This document shows, one piece after another, positions 1 to 8,106 of a stretch of 27,284 nt of DNA (its first letter is position 1; every line of letters begins with the position of its first letter). The notes below the pieces were generated by a model. That model worked only from the letters and a program-made list of their open reading frames with translations, did no database searches and was not told where the DNA came from. The DNA is from Candidatus Iainarchaeum sp. (GTDB lineage Archaea; Iainarchaeota; Iainarchaeia; Iainarchaeales; DTGL01): NCBI GenBank assembly GCA_038886995.1, contig JAWALG010000012.1, positions 1 to 27,284 on the forward strand. Direction: 5' to 3'. Both the position numbers and the translations under genes were made by a program.

Positions 1-7
1 CGCAACT

Positions 8-46
8 CGAAATTTTTGCCTTCGGCATCGTTGCACTAAAATTTCG
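8..46. repeat. Nested inverted repeat / cruciform
   Basis: CGAAATTTT (8-16) / AAAATTTCG (38-46) encloses TGCC-TTC-GGCA (17-27). The GCCTTCGGC core is the same as in the attC-like site. Confidence 0.6.
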
Positions 47-65
47 TCTTCCCTGTGGTCAGAGA

Positions 66-154
66 GCATAACATTGATTTAACGGTTTCTCTCACCTGCG
101 GTTCGCTTCACCCAAATCGCCTTCGGCGACTTCGTTAAATCGCAGACGTTAAGT
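66..154 (+). mobile_element. Integron attC-like recombination site (imperfect hairpin)
   Basis: GCATAAC (66-72, R''-like) and GTTAAGT (148-154, matches GTTRRRY) bracket a perfect 9-bp inverted repeat, GATTTAACG (76-84) / CGTTAAATC (133-141), and an inner TCGCC-TTC-GGCGA hairpin. The 89-bp length is in the attC range. No integrase is present in the window. Confidence 0.5.
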
Positions 155-265
155 CCAATAGCCAAAAACCTTAAACCCCCAACCGCCCGCCACTAAAATA
201 AGTGGTTGCCCACATCACTTCGGGACATATGGTTTCAGCTTCGCCTTGCAGAAAACTTCTCTTAA

Positions 266-474
266 CTAAGAAAAAGAGAAACAAATAATGTTATTGAAAG
301 ACTTCATGGACTCTTAAGGACAGACTAAAACCCATGAGAGGACTAAAAAGCGAGTAAACAGCCACATTTCTTGGTGGTTGGTTTGTTTTCTATAACTTCT
401 TTAGACTGCATCAAAGTCTTAATGGCAATACTGTGGCTAAAGTTTCTGGAGTAAATATTGAAGTCGAGAATTGA
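266..474 (+). pseudogene. Degenerate C-terminal fragment of an IS6-like / integrase-core DDE transposase
   Basis: Manual translation gives LRKRETNNVIERLHG, then a 1-nt frameshift at ~311, then LKDRLKPMRGLKSE*TATFLGGWFVFYNFFRLHQSLNGNTVAKVSGVNIEVEN*. This matches the NNxIERxxGTxKxRxKxMRG...YNFxRPHxxLxGxTPA pattern of archaeal IS6-like transposases. Stops occur at 355-357 and 472-474. Confidence 0.8.
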
Positions 475-586
475 AATTTATGATAAAAAAGCTACAGAAT
501 TCAGAGCTATCAACATTAAGTTAACAGAACCTCTTAAAGGTAACCTTTATATAATACCTCATCGTTTATTTTTTGATCTGTAAGTT

Positions 587-1114
587 GTGGCTCTTCTTGT
601 TATACAGCTGGTAACTCAATACATTAACCCACCTATGCAAAATTGTGAGCAAAAATTTCTTGACGCTAAAAGGGCTGCGGAAACAAAATGCATGTCTGCA
701 TGCAATTCTGCAAAGGCATCACCAAGCCTTAAAACAATTGCTGACTTCTGTAAAGAGACCATTGTTGGCACTGATAATGGCCTTGATCTAACCAAGGATT
801 GTGTATTGAGTGGCTATGACGAAAGTTTTCTTATAGGCACAGGCATATGCGAAGACACAATCTACTGTGCTCAGCTAGTAGAGTGCAATATCAGCGGCGG
901 CCCCATAACAATGGCTAGATGCAAAGAAATTCTATGCGAGTTTTGGCAGAGCCAAGGGATTAGCTTAGAAGAAAGAAATTCTAACTTATCTAAATTCATT
1001 AAGCCAGGCAGTTGCTACTCCTCTATTGCTGACAAGAGTAAACACTGGTACACAAGGCTTTTTGACAAGGACAAAGATGGCACGGTTTCTAAAGAAGAAG
1101 TCACATGTGGCTGA
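587..1114 (+). CDS. Cys-rich putative secreted/surface protein with C-terminal EF-hand-like Ca-binding loop; N-terminus possibly truncated
   Basis: 175-aa ORF with 12 Cys, a short hydrophobic N-terminus (VVALLVIQLV) directly after an in-frame TAA, and DKDKDGTVSKEE near the C-terminus. Confidence 0.65.
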   Translation: MALLVIQLVTQYINPPMQNCEQKFLDAKRAAETKCMSACNSAKASPSLKTIADFCKETIVGTDNGLDLTKDCVLSGYDESFLIGTGICEDTIYCAQLVECNISGGPITMARCKEILCEFWQSQGISLEERNSNLSKFIKPGSCYSSIADKSKHWYTRLFDKDKDGTVSKEEVTCG

Positions 1115-1201
1115 AATCTTTTATTTTGCGTTTGTTGGGAAAATCCTTTTTCTTCGCTGAAATTCAACTGTAGGCAGTTAAAAGTAAATATTTAATATAT
1201 G

Positions 1202-1216
1202 GAAACCTTTAATATA
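1202..1216 (+). promoter_or_regulatory. Putative BRE-TATA promoter of the HerA-like gene
   Basis: GAAACC-TTTAATATA lies about 35 nt upstream of ATG 1251. Confidence 0.5.
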
Positions 1217-1250
1217 TGGGTAAAACTATTAATTTTTTGCCGTGAGATAG

Positions 1251-4184
1251 ATGAGCGAGGAGAAAAGGGTTGAAGTTGAAAAGGATACACAAGAAGAAGA
1301 CCTGTTTGAAGATGTTTTTGGCTTAGATGACGAGCTGAAAGAGGCCAGGAAAAAGCTAAACGAGGTCGCTAAGAAAGAATCTGAGAAGATGCAAAAAAGC
1401 ATATATGCAAAGGAGCCTCAAACTACTGAATCAAAGGGTGGTGCAGCTGAAAAGGAAAAAGAGGCTGTGCAGGAAGATAAGTCCCAAAAAGAAGGCGCTT
1501 CTAAAGATGAGGAAGAAGAGCAAGCTAAGGAGCGAAAGAAGAGTCAGCAAAGCAAAAAGAAACCAAAACAAAAAGAGAAAAAAGAAGAAAAAAAAGAAGA
1601 ACAAGAAGCAGGGCCATTAGAGAGTGATAAAGAGCCGATTGATGGCCAAGAAGCTTCTGAAAAAGTGGAACCAAGCGAAGACGATTTAACAGATTTCGTT
1701 GACGATACTGCTGCTCCTGAAGGCAAGATATTTGTTTCTGAGCCGACCCTTGAAATATTGCCTAAGCTCAGCTTCTTAGAGGACTCCCAAGGCAATGCCT
1801 TTATTGGCAGAAGCAAATCAACTTTTGAGAAGTATGGCTCTGAAGCAGCACTGTTCATTGGCAGGGTTTCTGAGGAAAACTATCCTGAGAAGAATATCCT
1901 TATGGACAGCTTAGGGCCACATGTTGTTTTTGTTTGTGGTGCTAGGGGCAGTGGAAAGAGTTATGTGCTTGGTGTTGTAGCAGAAGAGTTGGCCCTTAAA
2001 AACAAAAATGTTGGAGTCATTGTTGTTGATCCAGTTGGGGTTTTCTGGAGCATGCGTTACGCTAACCGCGAAGAAAGGGAGCTTGCATCACTAAAGAGCT
2101 GGGGTCTTGAGCCAAAAGGGCTTGAGAATATCGTGGTTTTTATCCCAAAAGGTATGGAAAAGCAAACACCAGCAGGCACATATGATGCAACCTTTTCAAT
2201 AAAGCCGTCTATGCTGACTGCTCAGGACTGGTGCCTTACTTTTGGGCTTGAGCGTTTCAGCCCAACAGGCCTTTTGCTTGAAAAGGCACTCGATAAGGTT
2301 GCAAAGGGCTATATTACTGTCAATAAGGAGCGCATAAAAGGCACTAAGGATTATTCAATAGATGATATAATATTCTGCCTTGAGAATGATATTGAATTAA
2401 GCTCAAGAGACAAAGGTTTTAAAGTTGATTCAATACGCGCTTTAGTGAGTAGATTTGAAGCTTCAAAAGCATGGGGTGTTTTTGATGTACAAGGAACACC
2501 TTTGTCTGAGCTTAGCAGAGAGGGGCAGCTTACAATAATAGATACGAGCTTTTTGGATGATAATGTCACAGCGCTTGTTATTGGAATACTAGCAAGGCGC
2601 ATACTTGCTGCAAGAAAACTTGCGACAAGAAAGGAAGCCGCCAAGAGATTTGAGTCAAGCGAAGAGATGCTTGAGGTTGAAATACCGCCAACATGGCTTG
2701 TGCTTGATGAAGCACACACGCTAATACCAAGCGGAAACATTAAGACGGCCGCTAGCGACGCGTTGATAGAATATGTAAAACAAGGAAGGCGGCCTGGTTG
2801 CTCACTTGTTTTTGCAACGCAGCAGCCATCAGCCATTGATGTCAGAGTACTGAGTCAACTCGATATAATAATAGTCCACAAGCTTGTTTTCAACGATGAT
2901 ATAAAGGCAGTTTACAAAAGGACACCCGCAATAATACCACACAGGTATAAAACCGGATCTTTCATAAGAACACTGCCTGTTGGTGTTGCTCTAGTGTGCG
3001 ACCGCAGGGAAGAGACAAGCCGCGGCTTTGTGATGCGAATAAGGCCTAGGATGAGCCAGCATGAAGGTCGTGAAATAGAAACAGCCGAAACTAAGGTTTC
3101 GCTTAGCAATGAGCAAGTTTTGAATCTTATTACCTCAATGTATTGGTCTAGGCTTAAAAGGGATGGCCAAGCAAAACTAGCTGAAATTTTCAGGACTCTT
3201 AATTCGCTAAACGCAAAGTACAGCTCAAGCGTTGATAAAAGAGCACTTTTGTCTGAACTTGAAAAGAAAGGCGCCACGATACTTGAAAAAGAAGGCCTTG
3301 TTGTACTGGAAGACAAGATTCAGAGGCCGGGACCTGTAAAAAAAGAAGAGACCACTGCTGCTGTAGCTCCTAAAACAGAAGCACCAAAAGAGCCAGAACA
3401 GGCAGTGCAGAGAGAGCAGCCCATGCAAAGGCCTGTGCCACAGCATGGCACTATTGAGCTATTAAGCTTTCCAGCAAATGTGTCAAGGGAAGCCATTGAA
3501 GCAAAAATAAGGAAAAGGCTTTCCGGCTTTTTATTTTTTGGAGGTACTGAGAAACTTGTTGAGCTGAACCTCAAGCATATTCCTCTCTATAAAGTCGAGT
3601 TCAATTACTTCACTAAAGAACAGAACTTCAGGCAAGGTGTTCTCTTTGTAAACTCATTAAATGGCGAATTCATACACTTTGTAAAGGGTATCTTCGTACA
3701 TTCAAAAGGCCTTAAAGAACTTTACAACCTTTCAGCAGAGGAAATCTTTGTCCTCAATTTCCTGACAGAGCCACTGACAGCATACCATATAAGCAGGAGA
3801 TCATTCCTGGATGAAGATCGAGTAAAGAAGATACTTAAGCGCCTTTGCGATGCTGGTCTAGCAGAAATATTCAATAAGGAAGGCATGATACTCTACAGAT
3901 TGAGCAAAGATTTCGACCTACCACCAAGCCCAATGCATCCTTTGCATCAGTCGCTTCAGGATTTGCCTCTTGTTAATACTGATGTCCTGATGAAAGAGCA
4001 AGAAAAGTATACAAAGAATGAGGTAAAAGACCTTCTGCAAAGAATATGGAAACGAATGGTTATAACTGCAGTCAAAGATGTCTACTGGCCCGTTTATGAG
4101 TGCATAACCGAAAACTCGAAGACAAAAGTTAAGAAAAGATTTTTTATTGATGCAGTCACAGGCCATGTAGTTTATCCATTATGA
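1251..4184 (+). CDS. HerA/FtsK-superfamily ATPase (DUF87-type) with charged low-complexity N-terminus and C-terminal winged-helix region
   Basis: Walker A GARGSGKS, VVDPVG, Walker B LVLDEAH, KQGRRPG arginine-finger region and ATQQPS motif. The first ~150 aa are E/K-rich. LTAYHISRRSFLDEDRVKKILKRLCDAGLA is wHTH-like. Confidence 0.85.
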   Translation: MSEEKRVEVEKDTQEEDLFEDVFGLDDELKEARKKLNEVAKKESEKMQKSIYAKEPQTTESKGGAAEKEKEAVQEDKSQKEGASKDEEEEQAKERKKSQQSKKKPKQKEKKEEKKEEQEAGPLESDKEPIDGQEASEKVEPSEDDLTDFVDDTAAPEGKIFVSEPTLEILPKLSFLEDSQGNAFIGRSKSTFEKYGSEAALFIGRVSEENYPEKNILMDSLGPHVVFVCGARGSGKSYVLGVVAEELALKNKNVGVIVVDPVGVFWSMRYANREERELASLKSWGLEPKGLENIVVFIPKGMEKQTPAGTYDATFSIKPSMLTAQDWCLTFGLERFSPTGLLLEKALDKVAKGYITVNKERIKGTKDYSIDDIIFCLENDIELSSRDKGFKVDSIRALVSRFEASKAWGVFDVQGTPLSELSREGQLTIIDTSFLDDNVTALVIGILARRILAARKLATRKEAAKRFESSEEMLEVEIPPTWLVLDEAHTLIPSGNIKTAASDALIEYVKQGRRPGCSLVFATQQPSAIDVRVLSQLDIIIVHKLVFNDDIKAVYKRTPAIIPHRYKTGSFIRTLPVGVALVCDRREETSRGFVMRIRPRMSQHEGREIETAETKVSLSNEQVLNLITSMYWSRLKRDGQAKLAEIFRTLNSLNAKYSSSVDKRALLSELEKKGATILEKEGLVVLEDKIQRPGPVKKEETTAAVAPKTEAPKEPEQAVQREQPMQRPVPQHGTIELLSFPANVSREAIEAKIRKRLSGFLFFGGTEKLVELNLKHIPLYKVEFNYFTKEQNFRQGVLFVNSLNGEFIHFVKGIFVHSKGLKELYNLSAEEIFVLNFLTEPLTAYHISRRSFLDEDRVKKILKRLCDAGLAEIFNKEGMILYRLSKDFDLPPSPMHPLHQSLQDLPLVNTDVLMKEQEKYTKNEVKDLLQRIWKRMVITAVKDVYWPVYECITENSKTKVKKRFFIDAVTGHVVYPL

Positions 4185-4202
4185 TTTTCTTTTTTTAAGT
4201 TA

Positions 4203-4823
4203 CTAAAAGATTATCTCTCCGTCCTTAGCACTTTTCCTTACGAAAGTGCCTGGATAAACGATACAATTTTTTCCTATGATGACACCACAATTTATAACAG
4301 CATTTACTCCTATGCTTGTTTTGTCTTTTATCAATGCGCCAAGCTTTCTCCTGCCAGAGTCAACTTTATCACCAAAAAAATCCACTTTAACATTGGCAGA
4401 ATCCATTCTCAAGTTGGCAATTTTAGAGCCAGCGCCCATATTCACCTTCTTGCCTATTATGGAATCGCCAATGTAGGAAAAATGTGGCACTTTTGCTCCT
4501 TGCAGCAGTATGCTGTTTTTAATCTCGGAGTTTGAAATCTTGCATTCTTCAGCAATTATTGTGTTGCCCCTCAAGTAAGCATTAGGGCCTATTAAGCTGT
4601 TTTTTCCAATATAAGCAATGCCTTCAATATAGGTGCCAGATTTTATTAATGCGCCGCTATCCGCAAACAAAACCCCCTTAACAAAAACATTTTTTTCAAT
4701 ATCTGCCTTTTTACAGCAGTTTTTTATCTCTAAGGAGTCAAGAAGACCTATAACTTCCCAAAATTTTGGCTTGCTTTTTTCAATAATCTTCTCTGCTTCG
4801 TTTATTATTTTTCTTGCCTTCAT
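4203..4823 (-). CDS. Left-handed beta-helix acetyltransferase (C-terminal domain of archaeal GlmU; likely glucosamine-1-phosphate N-acetyltransferase)
   Basis: Hexapeptide repeats IGKNSLIGPNAYLRG, SEIKNSI, VPHFSYIGDSIIG, NMGAGSKIANLR and GRRKLGALI. It is the last gene of the glmS-glmM operon (4-nt overlap) and has no nucleotidyltransferase domain. Confidence 0.85.
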   Translation of the reverse strand: MKARKIINEAEKIIEKSKPKFWEVIGLLDSLEIKNCCKKADIEKNVFVKGVLFADSGALIKSGTYIEGIAYIGKNSLIGPNAYLRGNTIIAEECKISNSEIKNSILLQGAKVPHFSYIGDSIIGKKVNMGAGSKIANLRMDSANVKVDFFGDKVDSGRRKLGALIKDKTSIGVNAVINCGVIIGKNCIVYPGTFVRKSAKDGEIIF

Positions 4824-6166
4824 CCAACTTCACTCTTTATTGCAAAAGCTATTTTTTTTGCACTGTCCTTAACAAGCTTTTCCGACTTGCCCTCAACCAT
4901 TACCCTTGCCAAGTTTTCTGTGCCAGAGTATCTCACAAATACGCGACCATCTGAGCCAAGTGCTTCTTCAGCAACCTTAATTTCTCTTTTTACAGAAGCC
5001 ATTTTTTGGAATGGCTTTTTTTCCCTTACAGGAACATTTAACATAACTTGTGGAAAGAGTTTTATTTTTTCCTTCAGCTTGCTAAGTTTTTTTTGCTCAT
5101 CTTTTATAATTTTTGCAAGTTGCAATGCTGCAACTATTGCATCTGGTGTTTCATTGTATTTCCTAAATAGCAGATGCCCTGATTTTTCACCACCTAAGGT
5201 AACATTGTGCAAACGCATCGCATTGGCTACATTCCTGTCACCAACATCTGTCCTTATCATCTTAATGCCTCTTTCAGCTAGAAACTTTTCAAGGCCAATA
5301 TTGCTCATCTTAGTTGCAACTACTGCCTTATTTTTTATTGTGCCATTTTTTAACATGTTTTCTGCAAAAAGCCCAAGCAGTATATCGCCATCAGCCACAA
5401 CACCTTTTTCGTCGCAGACTATGAGCCTGTCAGCATCTCCATCGAAAGCAACGCCGAAATCTGCCTTTATTTTTTTGACAATCCTACACATGTTCTCTGG
5501 ATATAATGCTCCGCACCCTTTATTTATGTTCAAGCCATCCGGGTTAACGCAGATTGCCTGAACATCTGCGCCAAGCTCAGAAAAAACTTTTGGGGCAATT
5601 GCGTAAGCAGCACCATTGGCGCAATCAACAACTACTTTAAGCCCTTCAAGAGAGCGGTTTTCAATAGTGCTTTTCACAAACTCTATGTATCGGCCTCTTG
5701 CGTCATCAATCCTCTGTGCCCTTCCAACCTTAGCGCCATTTTTTTGTTTGGAGTTTCCCATAATTTCTAAAAATATTCTCTCTATGTTTTTTTCACAATC
5801 TTCAGAGAGCTTGAAGCCACATTCATCAAATACTTTGATGCCATTATGCTCTGCCGGGTTATGGGATGCACTTATCATTACTCCAGCTTCACAATTGAGG
5901 GATTTTATAAGGTGTGAAACACCTGGCGTTGGCATTGGGCCAACAAGCATGACATCACAGCCGCTTGACAAAAGGCCTGCTGTTATTGCATTCTCAACCA
6001 TGTAGCCACTAAGGCGAGTGTCTTTGCCAACCACTACACTTACTTTCTCATATCTTCTACTCAGGTGTTTACCAATGGCTTTGCCTATTGAAACAATTGC
6101 GTTTGGCTCTATTGGAAATTCATTTGCAATTCCTCTTATGCCATCAGTTCCAAACAGTTCACTCAC
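4820..6166 (-). CDS. glmM: Phosphoglucosamine mutase
   Basis: LFGTDGIRG, GKDTRLSGYM, phosphoserine loop VMISASHNP, metal loop DGDADR, GGEKSGH and VRYSGTE. Confidence 0.95.
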   Translation of the reverse strand: MSELFGTDGIRGIANEFPIEPNAIVSIGKAIGKHLSRRYEKVSVVVGKDTRLSGYMVENAITAGLLSSGCDVMLVGPMPTPGVSHLIKSLNCEAGVMISASHNPAEHNGIKVFDECGFKLSEDCEKNIERIFLEIMGNSKQKNGAKVGRAQRIDDARGRYIEFVKSTIENRSLEGLKVVVDCANGAAYAIAPKVFSELGADVQAICVNPDGLNINKGCGALYPENMCRIVKKIKADFGVAFDGDADRLIVCDEKGVVADGDILLGLFAENMLKNGTIKNKAVVATKMSNIGLEKFLAERGIKMIRTDVGDRNVANAMRLHNVTLGGEKSGHLLFRKYNETPDAIVAALQLAKIIKDEQKKLSKLKEKIKLFPQVMLNVPVREKKPFQKMASVKREIKVAEEALGSDGRVFVRYSGTENLARVMVEGKSEKLVKDSAKKIAFAIKSEVG

Positions 6167-6170
6167 ATAA

Positions 6171-7922
6171 TCACCTCACAGTTACCGATTTTGCCAAGTT
6201 TCTTGGCTTATCAGGATCCTTTTTGCGCTCAACCGCTAGGTGATATGCTATCAGCTGAAGCTGGATTGCCGCAAGCAAGCTGCTAAGCTGGCATTCTGGC
6301 ACCTTAACTAACCAGTCAAAGACATCATGGCTTTTTGTTGAAAGCCCTATCACAAACGCACCTCTTGATTTCACTTCATGGGCACTATGTACCGCAAAGT
6401 CATTTTTTTTGGTGCTTATCACAATCACTGGCACGCCTTTTTCTATAAGGGCAATTGTTCCATGCTTAAGTTCTTTGGCATGGAGGCCTTCAGCATGCAC
6501 ATAGCTTACCTCCTTAATCTTCAAAGCACCTTCTAGGGCAACAAAAGCATTTTCTTCTGCACCTATTACAAAAGCACTTTTTGCTTTTTTGAGCTTTTTT
6601 GCTATTTTTTTTGCATCTTCAATGCTCTCTTTTATCATTTCGTGCGCTTTTCCTGCTGCAAACGCAATTTCTCTTTTTGCATCACTGCTTCTGCCCGTGG
6701 CTGCCTTTGCAAGGAAGTAAAGCAAAGATATCTGTGCGGCATAATTTTTTGTTGATGCTACGCAGATCTCAGGGCCAGCATTCATGAGCATACTTATGCT
6801 GCTTAGCCGCGTTATCGTAGAGCCAAAAACATTCGTCATGCATAGCACCTTCGCGCCGTGGCTTCTTGCAAGGCGTACCGCATCTAGGACATCAGCTGTT
6901 TCACCGCTCTGTGAGAGTGCAATAACAAGGGCTTTGCTTTCAAGCTGATATGAAAAGTTTTTAAGTTCAGGGGCTAACACAGCAATAGCATCTTTTTTTG
7001 TTATTCTGCGGAAAAGCGAGGCGCCAAGAAGAGCGGCATGGTAACTGGTGCCGCATCCTATTAGATATATCTTTTTTGAACTTCTTATTTCTTTCAAAGC
7101 CAAACCAAGCAAATCTTTTGGCTGCATGCAAGCATTTCTCATTGCAATTGGGCATTCCTTTATTTCCTTAATCATGTAGTGCTTATGACCATTTTTGCTG
7201 TTTTCAAGGTTCTTAACTTCAATGCGCACAGCTTTCTTTGCCCGTGGCTTTCCGCTATTAATTGAGAGAAAGGTTATTTTTTCGCCAACCTCCGCAATTT
7301 CATTGTCGCCCAAAAAAATAAACCTCTCAGATTTTTTTGCTATTGCAACTAAGTCACTTGCTATAAATTTTTTTCCTTCAGAAAGGCCTATTACCAAGGG
7401 AAGGTCACGCTTTGCAGCTATCAGCCCATTATAATTTTTTGCAATTGCTATGACTGCGTAGCTTCCTTCGAGCTTTTTCAATGCAGACCTTGTTGCATCA
7501 GCGAAACTTTTGCCCTTAGACATGTAAAACTCTATAAGGTTTGGTATAACTTCAGTGTCAGTTTCACTTCTAAAGGAGAAACCTTTGCGCTTAAGAAATG
7601 CCTTTAACTCCTTAAAGTTTTCTAAAATTCCGTTGTGTACAACAAACACATTTTTGCCTTGTGATAGTTGTGGGTGAGCATTTTTTTCGCATACCCTACC
7701 ATGTGTTGCCCATCTCGTGTGCGCTAAAGCCATGTTGCCTTGATGCATCTTTTTTGGGAGCACACTTATCTTGCCTATGCGTTTGTGTAAGCTTATTTTT
7801 TTTCCATTTGAAACTGCAAGCCCCCAGCTGTCATAACCACGGTAATCTAGCTTTTTTAGTGCTTCATAAGCTAAATAACCAGCATCCTGTTTGTCAGAAA
7901 CAACGCCCACAATTCCGCACAT
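6171..7922 (-). CDS. glmS: Glutamine--fructose-6-phosphate transaminase (isomerizing)
   Basis: MCGIVG N-terminal nucleophile, YRGYDS, HTRWATHG, VVHNG, SETDTEV, SQSGETAD, ELKHG and PRNLAKSVT. Confidence 0.97.
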   Translation of the reverse strand: MCGIVGVVSDKQDAGYLAYEALKKLDYRGYDSWGLAVSNGKKISLHKRIGKISVLPKKMHQGNMALAHTRWATHGRVCEKNAHPQLSQGKNVFVVHNGILENFKELKAFLKRKGFSFRSETDTEVIPNLIEFYMSKGKSFADATRSALKKLEGSYAVIAIAKNYNGLIAAKRDLPLVIGLSEGKKFIASDLVAIAKKSERFIFLGDNEIAEVGEKITFLSINSGKPRAKKAVRIEVKNLENSKNGHKHYMIKEIKECPIAMRNACMQPKDLLGLALKEIRSSKKIYLIGCGTSYHAALLGASLFRRITKKDAIAVLAPELKNFSYQLESKALVIALSQSGETADVLDAVRLARSHGAKVLCMTNVFGSTITRLSSISMLMNAGPEICVASTKNYAAQISLLYFLAKAATGRSSDAKREIAFAAGKAHEMIKESIEDAKKIAKKLKKAKSAFVIGAEENAFVALEGALKIKEVSYVHAEGLHAKELKHGTIALIEKGVPVIVISTKKNDFAVHSAHEVKSRGAFVIGLSTKSHDVFDWLVKVPECQLSSLLAAIQLQLIAYHLAVERKKDPDKPRNLAKSVTVR

Positions 7923-8050
7923 AGATACACCGGCAGGAAGCTAAGGATATGTAAATTTATTCATTTTTGTATATAAAAGCCGCTAAAATACCTTAAAAAC
8001 CACTAAAAAACAATTATTAGTGCTGTTTTTGCAAATTAGCATATTAATAA

Positions 8051-8064
8051 AAAGGTTTTTATAC
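8051..8064 (+). promoter_or_regulatory. Putative BRE-TATA in the AT-rich glmS / HTH-gene divergent intergenic region
   Basis: AAAGG-TTTTTATA lies upstream of SD-like AGGTGG (8105-8110). Confidence 0.45.
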
Positions 8065-8106
8065 TATAATTAAAAATTATTTTTTAGTAGTAATAAAATT
8101 TTTTAG

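Noticed and set aside
1-260. CRISPR array or tRNA in the structured left edge
   Set aside because: There are no regularly spaced direct repeats and no cloverleaf with a T-loop consensus.
1380-1620. A-rich purine tract and Lys-rich alternative-frame ORF 1405-1620
   Set aside because: It is explained by the E/K-rich low-complexity N-terminus of the ATPase.
7923-8106. glmS ribozyme upstream of glmS
   Set aside because: The region is short and very AT-rich with no GC-paired core, and looks like divergent promoters.
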